Assembly (NCBI GenBank): GCA_963708025.1
Contig: CAVPSB010000019.1
Location: forward strand, 64,001 to 128,000
From: an uncultured Candidatus Rokubacteria bacterium
GTDB taxonomy: Bacteria > Methylomirabilota > Methylomirabilia > Rokubacteriales > DASRDR01
DNA length: 64,000 nucleotides
Reading direction: 5' to 3'
Under the pieces are notes generated by a model. That model did not search any database. It saw only the letters and a list, made by a program, of their open reading frames with translations, and was not told where the DNA came from. This document shows, piece after piece, positions 40,172 through 50,574 of the stretch. A program made the translations under genes and the position numbers. Positions within the stretch are counted from its first letter, which is position 1; each line of letters starts with the position of its first letter.

Positions 40172-40708
40172 ATGAAAGCCCGAAGCATCTCGATCTACTG
40201 GGTCGGCTGCGTCCTCGTCCTGGCGGGGCTCCTGGGCTTGCCGACCGTGGGCCTTCCCGACGGCGGTGGGGGCGGCGGCGGTGGTGGCGGCGCCGATCCC
40301 CAGAGCTCGACCGCCCGGGAAGCTCCCGAGTACACGGCCGCGGTCAAGGCGATCAAGGCCGGCGACTTCCGGAAGGCCATCCCCCTGCTCGAGGGCGTGA
40401 CCGCCCGCGAGCCCAAGAACGCCGACGCGTTCAACTGGCTCGCCTACGCGACCCGGCGGAGCGGCGACCCCGTGCGCTCGATTCCGATCTACGAGAAGGC
40501 GCTGGCCATCGATCCCAAGCACAAGGGCGCCCACGAGTACATCGGCGAGGCCTACCTGACGCTCGACAACCTGGGCAAGGCGAAGGAATACCTCGCTCGA
40601 CTCGACAAGCTCTGCTTCTTCTCCTGCTCGGAGTACCGCGACCTCAAGAAGGCCGTGGACGCCTACGAGACGAGCGGGGGCCGGATCAAGCCGACCGCCT
40701 CCCGCTGA
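40172..40708 (+). CDS. Secreted tetratricopeptide repeat protein
   Basis: Signal peptide, poly-Gly linker, PKNADAFNWLAY, YEKALAIDPKHKGAHEYIGEAYL, CFFSC. Confidence 0.85.
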   Translation: MKARSISIYWVGCVLVLAGLLGLPTVGLPDGGGGGGGGGGADPQSSTAREAPEYTAAVKAIKAGDFRKAIPLLEGVTAREPKNADAFNWLAYATRRSGDPVRSIPIYEKALAIDPKHKGAHEYIGEAYLTLDNLGKAKEYLARLDKLCFFSCSEYRDLKKAVDAYETSGGRIKPTASR

Positions 40709-40979
40709 CCGCTCCGCACCGAGCGGAACGGCGCCGGGTGCGGCCGTGACGGCCCGCCGGCGCCGTTCCCCGGCCCCCGGCCCCGCCCCGGTGCCCCCAC
40801 CCCCCCGCCCCTGGCGGGGCGAGGCCGGATGGTCTATCCTCGCCGCAGGGTTTGCCGGGGCATCTGGGACCCCGGGCGAGGGGAGACGACCCGAACGGCC
40901 TGCCGGAGCCTGGGAAGCGCGTGAAGCTTGGGGAGAGTCGGCTCGCGCGCCACCGCCCGACGGCACAGGAGGCAACGAC

Positions 40980-43778
40980 GTGGAAGTCGCGCGACGGGTG
41001 GCAGCGGTGGAAGCGGCACTGGGGGGAGAGGACCTGGCCGGGGCACGGGCCGCGCTGGCCCGGCTCGCCGAGCTGGCACCCGAGCACGAACAGATCGGGT
41101 CGCTGCGCCGTCGGCTGGAGGAAACCGAGGCCCTGCTGGGGCGCCGAGGGCGATTGAGCGTGATCGCCGCCTCGGTGCGACAGCTCCTGAGTCGGGACGA
41201 CCTCGAGGCCGCCGGGCGGGCCGTCGAGGAGGCGCTCGGGCTCGACGGCGAGGACGCCGAGGCCCGGGCGTTGCTCGCGCGCGTCCAGGCCCGGCGTGAG
41301 GAGCGCGAGCGCGGAAACCGGGCGCAGCTCGAGCGCCGGGTGGCGCAGGCTCAGGCGCGGCTGGACTCGGGGGATCTGCTCGGGGCCATCGACCAGTTCG
41401 AGGGCGTGCTGGCCGAAGAGCCGGGCCACGAGGGGGCGACGCGAGGCCTCGCCGAGGCAGGGGCCCGGCGGGCCGCGCTCGATTCGCGGGAGGCGGCGGC
41501 GGCGCGTCAGGCCGCCATCGACGCCCTGGTGGCTGCCGGCAAACTGCGGCTCGCCGAGGGGGATCTCGTCGGCGGGATCGAGCGGTTCGAGGCGGCGCTC
41601 CGGGAGGACGGCAGCCACGCTGCGGCCCAGAAGGAGCTCGGAGAAGCGCAGAGACGGCGAGCAGCGCTGGACGACCAGGAGAAGGAGGCGGCGCGGCGAG
41701 CGGCCCTGGACGCGCAGGTGGCGGAGGGCCGTCTGCGGCTGTCCCAGGGTGACCTGATCGGCGCCATCCAGCAGTTCGAAGGGGTCCTGGCGGAGGAGGG
41801 GAGCCACGAGGAGGCGCGGCTGGCACTGGCAGAGGGCCGGCAGCGGCACGAGACGCTGGAACACCGGGTGGCCGCGGAGAGGCACCACGCGGCGCTCGAG
41901 GCGCGGGTGGCCGGGGGCCGGCTGCGGCTCTCGACCGGGGACGTGGCCGGCGCCATCGAGCACCTGGACGGGGTCCTGGCCGAAGACCACGGGCACGCCG
42001 AGGCGCGGCGGGCGCTGGCGGAGGCCCGGGAGCGACTGACGGCGATCGAGGGCCACGTCACGGCCGCATCGCAGAAGGCGGCGCTCGAGGCGCGGGTGGC
42101 GGCGGCGCAGGCGCGGCTCACCGCCGGGGACCTCGCCGGGGCCATCGAGCGATTCGAAGGGGTGGCTCGTGACGACGTGACCAACGCGGCGGCGCTGCGC
42201 GGACTCGACGAGGCGCGCGGGCAGCGCGTGGCCCGCGAGGCGAAGGAGCAAGAGACGGGGCGCCGGGCGGCGTTCGACGCGCGGGTGGCGGAGGCGCAGG
42301 CGCGGCTGGCGGCGGGGGACCTCGTCGGGGCGATCGAGCGGTTCGAGGCGATCCTCAAGGAGGACGGGGCGCATGCGGTGGCCCGGCGCGGGCTCGGGGA
42401 GGCCCGCGAGCGGTGGGCGGCGCTGGACGCGCGGGTGGCCGAAGCCCTGGCGGGGCTGACCAAGGGGAATCTCGCCGGGGTGATCGAGCGGCTCGAGAGC
42501 GTGCTCCGGGACGACGAGACCCACGCCGCGGCGCGCCAGGGGCTCGTCGAGGCGCGCCAGCGGCTGGCGGCCCAGCGGGCGCTGGAGGTGGAGGTCGGCA
42601 CCGCGCTGTCGGCCCTCGAAGGGGCGCTCGAACAGCCGGATCTCGACGCGGTCCAGGCCGCGTTCACGTGGGTGGTCGACCTCGCGCCCGACCACCCCCA
42701 GCGGGCCTCGCTCCAGGAGCGGATCGCGGAGCACCGGGAGCGCATCGAGGAGGACCGCGAGCAGACCGCGCGGGAAGGGCTGGCCGACGCCGGGCGGCTC
42801 ATCCGGGAGGGTCAGGTCGAGCGCGCGCTCGAGGTCCTGGCGCGAGTTCGCGCGCTCGTGCCGCAGCACCCGGATCTCCCGAAGCTGGAACGGCAGGCAC
42901 AGCGTCTCGTGGGGACGCGCGGCGAGCGGGTCGGGGGGCTGGTGGCCGCGGTGGGACAGGCGCTGGATCGGGGTGACCTGGACGCGGCGCAACGCGGGGT
43001 CCAGGAGGCGATGGCCATCGATGCGAAGCACCCCGGGGTCCTCGCCGCGCAGAAGCGCGTGCAGGAGCGCGTGCAAGCGAGCGCGAGCGAGCGGGTCGGG
43101 GGGCTGGTGGCCGTGGTGGGACAGGCGCTGGATCGGGATGACCTGGACGCGGCGCAACGCGGGGTCCAGGAGGCGATGGCCATCGATGCGAAGCATCCCG
43201 GGGTCCTGGCCGCGCAGGAGCGCCTGCAGGAGCGCATGCAGGCGCACGCGCGCGAGGTTGACCAGACGGGCCGGGCCGACGACCTGGCCGCCGAGGCCCG
43301 GCGGCTCCTCGAGGAGGGCAAGCTCGACGAGAGCGAAGCGCGGCAGGCGGAGCTGCGCGATCTGGCGCCGACGCACCCCCAACTCGGGCCCCTGAAGATC
43401 CGGCTCCAGGCTCGGCGCAACGACCCCGAGACCCTCGTCAAGAGCGGGTTGGACGAGGCAGCGAAGCTGATCCGCGAGGGGCGGCCCGAGCGGGTCGCGG
43501 CGGTGCTGGCCAAGGTGCGGGCGGCGGCTCCCCAGAATCCCCAGGTGGACAAGCTCGAGGCCCAGGCGCAGAAGGTGCTCGAGGCGCGCGACGTCCGGGG
43601 CCGTGTCCGGGATCTGCTGGACCGCTCCCGCAAGCTTCAGGCCAAGGGCGAGATCGCGGAGGCGCTGGCGCTGGCCGAAGAGGCGGTGAAGCTGACGCCG
43701 GACGACGGGCGGGCGCTGCGGCTGCGGGACGACCTGGCCGAGCAGCTCCAGGAGGCGCGGCGCCGCCGGAGCAAGTGA
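40980..43778 (+). CDS. Long all-helical TPR-like repeat protein (about 932 aa)
   Basis: AGGAGG RBS + GTG; about 7 copies of a 63-aa unit (RVA.A.ARL..GDL.GAIE.FE.VL.ED..H..A..GL.EAR) and a 55-aa duplication. Confidence 0.8.
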   Translation: MEVARRVAAVEAALGGEDLAGARAALARLAELAPEHEQIGSLRRRLEETEALLGRRGRLSVIAASVRQLLSRDDLEAAGRAVEEALGLDGEDAEARALLARVQARREERERGNRAQLERRVAQAQARLDSGDLLGAIDQFEGVLAEEPGHEGATRGLAEAGARRAALDSREAAAARQAAIDALVAAGKLRLAEGDLVGGIERFEAALREDGSHAAAQKELGEAQRRRAALDDQEKEAARRAALDAQVAEGRLRLSQGDLIGAIQQFEGVLAEEGSHEEARLALAEGRQRHETLEHRVAAERHHAALEARVAGGRLRLSTGDVAGAIEHLDGVLAEDHGHAEARRALAEARERLTAIEGHVTAASQKAALEARVAAAQARLTAGDLAGAIERFEGVARDDVTNAAALRGLDEARGQRVAREAKEQETGRRAAFDARVAEAQARLAAGDLVGAIERFEAILKEDGAHAVARRGLGEARERWAALDARVAEALAGLTKGNLAGVIERLESVLRDDETHAAARQGLVEARQRLAAQRALEVEVGTALSALEGALEQPDLDAVQAAFTWVVDLAPDHPQRASLQERIAEHRERIEEDREQTAREGLADAGRLIREGQVERALEVLARVRALVPQHPDLPKLERQAQRLVGTRGERVGGLVAAVGQALDRGDLDAAQRGVQEAMAIDAKHPGVLAAQKRVQERVQASASERVGGLVAVVGQALDRDDLDAAQRGVQEAMAIDAKHPGVLAAQERLQERMQAHAREVDQTGRADDLAAEARRLLEEGKLDESEARQAELRDLAPTHPQLGPLKIRLQARRNDPETLVKSGLDEAAKLIREGRPERVAAVLAKVRAAAPQNPQVDKLEAQAQKVLEARDVRGRVRDLLDRSRKLQAKGEIAEALALAEEAVKLTPDDGRALRLRDDLAEQLQEARRRRSK
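42922..43240 (+). repeat. 165-nt near-identical intragenic tandem duplication
   Basis: gcgagcgggtcggggggctggtggccg... at 42922 and 43087. Confidence 0.85.
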
Positions 43779-43850
43779 CGCGGCAGCGCGCCGAGGGCCG
43801 CTCCCACTCCGCTTCGTAGCAGGGGCGCGGGGGCGTCCGGCCGATCAGGG

Positions 43851-44879
43851 TCAGGACGCGCCGAACTCCGCGCGCAGGATCTTCGCGGCTGCCACCATGG
43901 CCCGCAGCTTGCCGGCGGCGACGTCGCGGGACAGGTACTTCATCCCGCAGTCTGGCGCGAGGATCACGTTCGCCGGCTCGACGTACGGCAGCGCCCGCTT
44001 GACGCGCGCGACGACCGTCTGCGGCGTCTCGATCGTGGGATCGCTGAGGTCGAGGCAGCCCACCATGATCTGCTTCCTCGGGAGCGTCGCCAGCACCGCG
44101 CAGTCGAGCTTCGACTGCGCCGTCTCGATCGAGACCTGGTGGACCGGGCACCCGGCCAGCTCGGGCAGGAAGGAGTAGCCCGAGGGGCGCTGGTGGATGA
44201 TCGCGGCGTAGCCGAAGCAGATGTGCACGGCCGTGGGGCCGGCGACACCCTCCAGCGCCCGGTTGAGCGCCTGCAGCCCGTACTGGCGCGCCTTGTCGGG
44301 CCGCGCCTGCATGTACGGCTCGTCGATCTGCACGACGTCGGCGCCGGCGGCGAAGAGGTCGCGGATCTCCTCGTTGACCGCGGCCGCGTAGTCCATCGCC
44401 GCCGCCTCCGGGCTCGGGTAGTAGTCGTTCTGGGCCTGCTGGCTCATCGTGAACGGGCCCGGCACGGTGATCCGGATCGGCCTCGCCGTGTGGGCGCGCA
44501 GGAAGCGCACGTCCTCGACCTCGACCGGCCGCGCGCGGCGGACCGGCCCGACGATGCGCGGCACCGGGTTCGGGTGGCCCGATCGGTCCAGGGCGGTGCC
44601 GGGGTTGTCGACGTCGACGCCCTCCAGCGCGGTGGCGAAGCGGTTCGAGTAGCTCTCGCGCCGGATCTCGCCGTCGGTGATGACGTCGAGCCCCGCCTCC
44701 TCCTGGGCGCGGATCGCCAGCAGCGTCGCGTCGTCCTGCGCGCCCTGGAGCCAGGGATCGGCGACGCGCCACAGCTCCCGCGCACGGACCCGGGGCGGGA
44801 AGCGGCCGGCCAGCTTCGGGCGGTCGATCAGCCAGTCCGGCTGCGGGTAGCTGCCGACGAGCGTGGTCGGGAACAGCAT
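43851..44879 (-). CDS. Short MetE-like (UROD/MetE fold) zinc protein
   Basis: TTLVGSYPQP, TDGEIRRESY, QIDEP, HICFG, SIETA, APDCG. Confidence 0.88.
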   Translation of the reverse strand: MLFPTTLVGSYPQPDWLIDRPKLAGRFPPRVRARELWRVADPWLQGAQDDATLLAIRAQEEAGLDVITDGEIRRESYSNRFATALEGVDVDNPGTALDRSGHPNPVPRIVGPVRRARPVEVEDVRFLRAHTARPIRITVPGPFTMSQQAQNDYYPSPEAAAMDYAAAVNEEIRDLFAAGADVVQIDEPYMQARPDKARQYGLQALNRALEGVAGPTAVHICFGYAAIIHQRPSGYSFLPELAGCPVHQVSIETAQSKLDCAVLATLPRKQIMVGCLDLSDPTIETPQTVVARVKRALPYVEPANVILAPDCGMKYLSRDVAAGKLRAMVAAAKILRAEFGAS

Positions 44880-44924
44880 CGCGAGTCCTCCTCGGGGGAA
44901 GAAGGGGCGGGAGCCGGTGAGACC

Positions 44925-45203
44925 CTAGGCCTCGGGAGCCGGCGGCCGCCGGTCCGGCGACGGCCCCATGCCGAACCGCTCGCGGAGCAGCTGCACCAGG
45001 GCCTCCGGCACCCGCTCGGTGGCGCCCAGGCAGGACTGGCAGATCAGCCGGACGTGCCGGGTCCCGAACTCCTCCCACAAGCCGACCTTGTGGAAGATCT
45101 CGAGGGTCCTGGTCGGCCCGTCCCAGGCCACGAGGTAGAGGTGACAGCTCGGGCAGATGAACTCGTGGGGACTCCGGCTCGACCGCGGAACCTCGGGCGC
45201 CAT
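44925..45203 (-). CDS. 92-aa hypothetical zinc-binding protein (2x CxxC)
   Basis: CPSC and CQSC; GGAGGAG RBS; directly upstream of and co-oriented with the MetE-like gene. Confidence 0.6.
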   Translation of the reverse strand: MAPEVPRSSRSPHEFICPSCHLYLVAWDGPTRTLEIFHKVGLWEEFGTRHVRLICQSCLGATERVPEALVQLLRERFGMGPSPDRRPPAPEA

Positions 45204-45397
45204 GGCTCTCCTCCCCGTCGGCGCCGGCAGCGGCGCCGCTCCACTATACGGCATTCCGCCGGCAAGGGGGCTGGAGGGGGATCGTCACGACGGCAAGACC
45301 GGGCAGGCTGGTCCCGACCGGGATTTCGTGCTATGAACGGCGGGGCCCCGCCACCCCAGCTCGCTGGGAGATGCGCCGGCAAGTCACGCGGCACAAC

Positions 45398-45546
45398 TGA
45401 GAGGGTGTGAAGGAATGGGTCCTCCGGCTCCCCCCTCCCCCCCGGTGCCCACCGGAGGGACGGGACGTCGCGAGGGCCGTAGGCCCGAGCCGTCCCGGCG
45501 ATCCGATCAAGAGGGAGGGGGGTTGGGGGTGGGCGGGAGGTCCCGA
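45398..45546 (+). repeat. Family B repeat copy 3 with an expanded hairpin loop
   Basis: tgagagggtgtgaaggaat...ccccctcccc [insert containing gggcc-gta-ggccc] gggagggggg...gggcgggaggtccc. Confidence 0.8.
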
Positions 45547-45576
45547 ACTGACGGCATCGATGCCAGGAGGTGACCC

Positions 45577-46401
45577 ATGGAACGACGCGACTTCCTCAAG
45601 CTGACCGGGACCCTGACCCTGACGCTGGCCGCCGGGCCGGTCCGGGCGCAGACCGCCAAGGTCGAGGTGCAGTGGCTCGGCCAGGCGGCCACCCGGATCA
45701 CCACGCCCACCGGCAAGGTCATCGTCATCGACCCGTTCCTGACCAACAACCCGAAGACTCCGCCGGCCTACAAGAGCCTCGACGCGCTAGGCAAGGTCGA
45801 CGTCATCCTGGTCACCCACGGCCACGGCGACCACACGGGCGACGTGAAGGACCTGGCCGCCAAGACCGGCGCCAAGGTGTACGGGCCGGCCGGCTTGATC
45901 GCGACGATGATCGACCTGGGCTGGCTCACGGGCGAGCAGGGGGTCCGGTTCGGCAAGGGCGGCACCGTGACCCCCGCCGGCCCGCAGATCCGGGTCACCC
46001 AGGTGCGGGCCGAACACTCCTCGGAGGTCACCGTCACCGACCCCGCCACCAAGAAGACCACGACGTACCCCGGGGGCGAGCCGGCCGGCTTCATCATCGA
46101 GTTCGAGAACGGCTTCAAGCTCTACCACATGGGGGACACCGGGCTCTTCGGTGACATGCGGCTGATCGGCGAGTACTACAAGCCGGACCTGATCATGATC
46201 CCGATCGGCGGGCACTTCGTCATGGACCCGAAGGACGCCGCTTACGCCACCAAGGAGCTGATCCGACCGCGCGCGGCCATCCCGTTCCACTACGGGACCT
46301 TCCCGGTGCTTCGCGGCACGCCCCAGGAGTACATGGTCGCGCTCGGCTCCACGTTGACCCAGGTGTTTCCGATCAACCCCGGCGACAAGCTCGAGTTCTA
46401 G
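45577..46401 (+). CDS. Tat-exported metallo-beta-lactamase-fold hydrolase (UPF0173-like)
   Basis: ERRDFLK twin-arginine signal; THGHGDH, AEHSS, HMGDT, PIGG, PFHYGTF. Confidence 0.9.
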   Translation: MERRDFLKLTGTLTLTLAAGPVRAQTAKVEVQWLGQAATRITTPTGKVIVIDPFLTNNPKTPPAYKSLDALGKVDVILVTHGHGDHTGDVKDLAAKTGAKVYGPAGLIATMIDLGWLTGEQGVRFGKGGTVTPAGPQIRVTQVRAEHSSEVTVTDPATKKTTTYPGGEPAGFIIEFENGFKLYHMGDTGLFGDMRLIGEYYKPDLIMIPIGGHFVMDPKDAAYATKELIRPRAAIPFHYGTFPVLRGTPQEYMVALGSTLTQVFPINPGDKLEF

Positions 46402-46570
46402 CGGGCGGGGCCGATGAGCGTCGCATCGCGTCGTCCTCGGTCGTCGCCGATCCTCGGCGTACTCGGAGTACGCCTCCGGTCGGCGACTCCCTGCGTCCTT
46501 CGGACGGCCTTCGGCCTGGGGGCGCTGCTCGCTCCTCGGCCCCGCCCCTGAGTTGACTCATCTGCCATGA
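46402..46570 (+). repeat. Family C repeat copy 3
   Basis: After TAG; same rod as copy 2 with an inserted hairpin in the 3' arm; shares the tail ttgactcatctgccatga with copy 1. Confidence 0.9.
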
Positions 46571-46647
46571 CGTTAGCGCGTCAAGGAACCTAACGTCGTG
46601 CGGGGGTGGACTTTGCTCCCCACCCTCACTGGCCGGGGTATCCTCGG

Positions 46648-49073
46648 GTGACCGAGCACGCGCGGGCGGTCGTGGTCGGCGGCGGGGTCGTCGGCTGCAG
46701 CCTCGCCTACCACCTGACCGCGCGCGGCTGGCGCGACGTCGTGCTCCTGGAGCGAGCCGAGCTGACCAGCGGCTCCACGTTCCACGCCGCGGGCCTGGTG
46801 GGACAGCTCCGCTCGTCGGTCGCGCTCACGCGCCTCATGATGTGGAGCGTCGAGTGCTACCGGCGGCTCGCCGCCGAGACCGGCCGGGATCCGGGCTGGC
46901 ACGAGGTCGGCAGCCTGCGGCTCGCCTCCTCGACCGAGCGGATGGCCGAGCTCTCCCGGCAGGCGGGCTGGGCCAAGTCCTTCGGCCTGCCGCTGGAGGC
47001 GATCGGCGCCGAGGAGGCCCGAGCGCTCTTTCCCGTCCTCTCGCTCGAAGGGCTGCACGGGGCGGTCTACCTGCCGACCGACGGCCACGTGGACCCTGGC
47101 GGCCTGGCCGCGGCGCTGGCGGAGGGGGCGCGCCGGCGCGGCGCCGCGATCCGCACCGGCGTGCGGGTCACCGGGATCACGATGCAGGATGGCCGCGTCC
47201 ACGAGGTCCAGACCGACCACGGGGCGATTCGCACGGAGGTCGTCGTCAACGCCGCCGGGATGTGGGCCCCGGAGATCGGGCGGATGGTCGGCGTGACGGT
47301 CCCGCTGGTCCCGCTCCGTCACCAGTACCTGACCACCAAGCCGATCGACGGCGTCCACCCCCGGATACCCACCATGCGCGACCCGGACCTCCTCGACTAC
47401 TTCCGCGAGGAGGTCGGCGGGCTCGTCGTCGGCGGCTGGGAGCGGAACCCCGTCGCGTGGGGGCTCGAGGGCATCCCGGCCGACTTCAACCACCGACTCC
47501 TGCCTCCCGACTGGGAGCAGTTCGCCCCGCTCATGGAGAACGCCGTCCGCCGCATCCCGGCCCTCGCCACCGCCGAGGTCGTGCGGCTGGTTCACGGACC
47601 CGAGGCCTTCACGCCCGACGGCGAGTTCATCCTCGGCGAGGCGCCCGAGGCCGGCGGCTTCTTCGTGGCCGCCGGCTTCTGCGCCCACGGGATCGCGGGG
47701 GCGGGGGCGCCGGGCGCATCGTGGCCGACTGGATCGTGGACGGCGACCCGGGGCTCGACCTCTGGCACATGGACCTCCGGCGCTTCGGGGCCCAGTACCG
47801 CTCTCGCCGGCTCGTGACCGAGCGCGCCCGCGAGATCTACGGGAGCTACTACGACATCCGGTACCCGGGCCAGGAGCGCAGCGCGGGGCGCGGGCTGCGG
47901 CTGTCGCCCGTGCACGCGCGCCTCGCCGCGCTGGGGGCGGCGTTCGGCGAGAAGGCCGGCTGGGAGCGGCCGAACTGGGTCGAGGCGAACGCGACGGACG
48001 GGAGCGAGGCCCGCCGGCCCCGCGGCTTCGCCGGCCGTCACTGGTCCCCGGCGATCGAGGCCGAGCACGCCGCCACCCGCGAGCGGGCGGGGTTGTTCGA
48101 CGAGACGTCGTTCGCCAAGTTCGAGGTGGTCGGCCCCGGCGCCATCGCGCTCCTGCAGCGCCTGGCGGACAACGACGTCGACCGGCCCCCGGGCTCGGTC
48201 GTCTACACCGCGATGCTGAATGCCCGCGGCGGGATCGAGTGTGACTTCACGATCACGCGGCTGGCCGCCGACCGCTTCCGCATCGTCACCGGCTCGGCCT
48301 TCGGCACCCACGACCGGGGCTGGATCAGCCGCCATTTGCCGCGGGACGGCTCCGTCTCGCTGATCGACGTCACCGGCGCCTACGCCTGCGTCGGCCTGTT
48401 CGGGCCCCGGGCGCGCGACATCCTCGCGAGCGTGACCGACGCCGACGTCTCCAACGCCGGCTTCCCGTACCTGACGGCGCGGGAGCTGGCGGTGGGCCGG
48501 GCGCCGGCCCTGGCGGCGCGGGTGACCTACGTCGGCGAGCTGGGCTGGGAGCTGTACACGCCGAGCGAGTATGGGCTCGAGCTGTGGGACACGCTGTGGG
48601 AGGCCGGCCGTCCGCTCGGCCTCGTGGCCGCCGGCTACCGGGCCATCGACTCGCTCCGGCTCGAGAAGGGCTACCGCTACTGGAGCGCCGACATCACCCC
48701 CGACGACACGCCCTACGAGGCCGGGCTCGGCTTCGCCGTCCGGCTCGGGAAGGGCGACTTCATCGGGCGGGAGGCGCTGGTCCGTCAGAAGGCGGAGGGC
48801 GTGCGGCGGAAACTCTGCTGCCTGACGCTCGCCGATCCACTCGCGGTGGCGCTGGGCGGCGAGCCGGTGCGCATGGACGGGCGGGTCGTGGGCCGGGTCA
48901 CCAGCGGCGGCTTTGGCTACACGGTCGGCCTCAGCATCGCCTACGCGTACCTGCCGGTCGAGCTGGCCACGCCCGGCGTCGCGGTCGCGGTGGAGGTCTT
49001 CGGCGACTGGATCGCCGGCGCCGTCACCGCCGAGCCGCTGTGGGATCCCAAGGGCGAGCGCGTCCGGAGCTAG
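46648..49073 (+). CDS. GcvT-family FAD-dependent oxidoreductase (dimethylglycine/sarcosine dehydrogenase-like); frameshift near 47700
   Basis: GGGVVG, GSTFHAAG, FTPDG; continues GWERPNW, YVGELGWE, SLRLEKGY, VTSGG. Confidence 0.9.
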
Positions 49074-49173
49074 GGTCCATCTCTGAAGCCGACGGAGCAG
49101 TGCGGCCCGCGGGTGTCATGAGCGCTGCCCGATCGGCGTTCGGTGGCATGATATCGTCTTAGCTCACAGGCCC

Positions 49174-49863
49174 ATGGTACACGGAGAGCTCCATCGCACT
49201 CGGCGGATCGGCTGGCTTCGCGCGGCCGTTCTCGGCGCCAACGACGGCCTCATCTCGACAGGGAGCCTCGTCGTTGGCGTCGCCTCCGCCCAGGCGGCCC
49301 GCGAGGACGTGTTGCTCGCCGCCGTCGCCGGGCTGGTGGCCGGCGCCTTCTCCATGGCCGCCGGCGAGTACGTGTCCGTCAGCTCCCAGGCCGACACCGA
49401 ACGCGCCGACCTCGCCCGGGAGCGGCACGAGCTTGCCACCGACCCGGCGAAGGAACGGGCCGAGCTGGCTGCGATCTACGTCGCCCGGGGTCTCAGCCCC
49501 GACCTCGCCGGTCAAGTCGCTGACCAGCTCATGGCCCACGATCCCCTCGGCGCCCATGCCCGCGACGAGCTCGGCATGTCGGAGAGCACTCGCGCCAGGC
49601 CCCTCGAGGCCGCTCTCGCTTCAGCGGTAGCCTTTGTGGCTGGAGCGCTTCCTCCCCTCGTGCTCGCCGCCGGAGCACCGACTCCGATTCTGCCCGCCCT
49701 CGTGGGTGGCACCGGCTTGATCCTCCTCGCCGTCCTCGGCGGAGTCGCGGCTCGCCTCGGCGGTGCCCCGATCTTGGCCGGGGCGGCTCGGGTCATATTC
49801 TGGGGGGCGGTCGCCATGGGCTGTACAGCCCTGGTCGGGAGGCTGTTCGCTGGCAGCGTGTAG
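49174..49863 (+). CDS. VIT1/CCC1 family Fe/Mn transporter
   Basis: LRAAVLGANDGL, SMAAGEYVSVSSQ, HARDELG. Confidence 0.92.
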   Translation: MVHGELHRTRRIGWLRAAVLGANDGLISTGSLVVGVASAQAAREDVLLAAVAGLVAGAFSMAAGEYVSVSSQADTERADLARERHELATDPAKERAELAAIYVARGLSPDLAGQVADQLMAHDPLGAHARDELGMSESTRARPLEAALASAVAFVAGALPPLVLAAGAPTPILPALVGGTGLILLAVLGGVAARLGGAPILAGAARVIFWGAVAMGCTALVGRLFAGSV

Positions 49864-49901
49864 CCGACCGGCCTGCCGCGGTACCCTCGCTTGCCGCTGA
49901 A

Positions 49902-50435
49902 TCAGCCTTTCAGGATGCGGCCGACGGCGGGCAGGAACCGGGCCGTGAAGCGGGCGGTGTCCACCGCGGTGCAGACGGCGACGGGACCGCCCCGCGGTAA
50001 CCGGAGCCCGGCGCCGGTGCCGTCGGGGCGGACGTCGACGGTCTGGCCATAGGTCGTCTCGCCGCGCAGCTCCACGCCGACCTCCATTCGCTCCGTCGTC
50101 ACCATCGGGCGATCCAGCACGACGCCGACGGCCAGCGGGTCGTGGAGCCAGCAGCCCTCGAGGCCGCGCCGGGCGCCGACGAAGCGGATCCAGGGCGCGC
50201 ACACCTGCCGGACGAGGCGCGCGGCCGGGGTCCCCCCGGCCGTGAGGGCGTCGAGATCCTGCAGCGTGAGGCAGGTCAGGGTGGTGACGTCGAGTCCGAC
50301 CATCGGGAGCGGGGCCCCCGACCGGAAGACCACGTGGGCGGCCTCGGGGTCGTTGGCGAGGTCGTCGATGTCCGCGCCCGGGATGCCGGCGCTCGGGTCG
50401 GTGTCGATGATCACGCGGGTCGGAGTGGCTGACAC
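49902..50435 (-). pseudogene. Nucleoside hydrolase with a large in-frame internal deletion
   Basis: IIDTDP.....DIDD joined directly to NDPEAA.VVF, then GLDVT, LHDPLA, TYGQTV. Confidence 0.75.
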
Positions 50436-50574
50436 GGGTGGGGCACTCGCGGCCGAGTCTCGCACGGGGGCGAACGGTGGGTCAACGCGCGGCGTGGTCG
50501 TCGGGGCCGCGTTTCCAGGCTTTACAGCCGGTCACGCCTGGGCCGAGAATAGCCGAGGAGTCTCCCGCACCAGC

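Noticed and set aside
40900..40965. GGAAGCGCGTGAAG leader resembling a c-di-GMP-II riboswitch
   Set aside because: Pseudoknot and 3' consensus not found by eye; would need an Infernal search
8660..47720. Frameshifted SDRs, cyclase-ATPase and GcvT genes as pseudogenes or programmed frameshifts
   Set aside because: Single-base indels, mostly in or near G/C runs, with both halves intact; best explained as long-read error; no slippery heptamer seen
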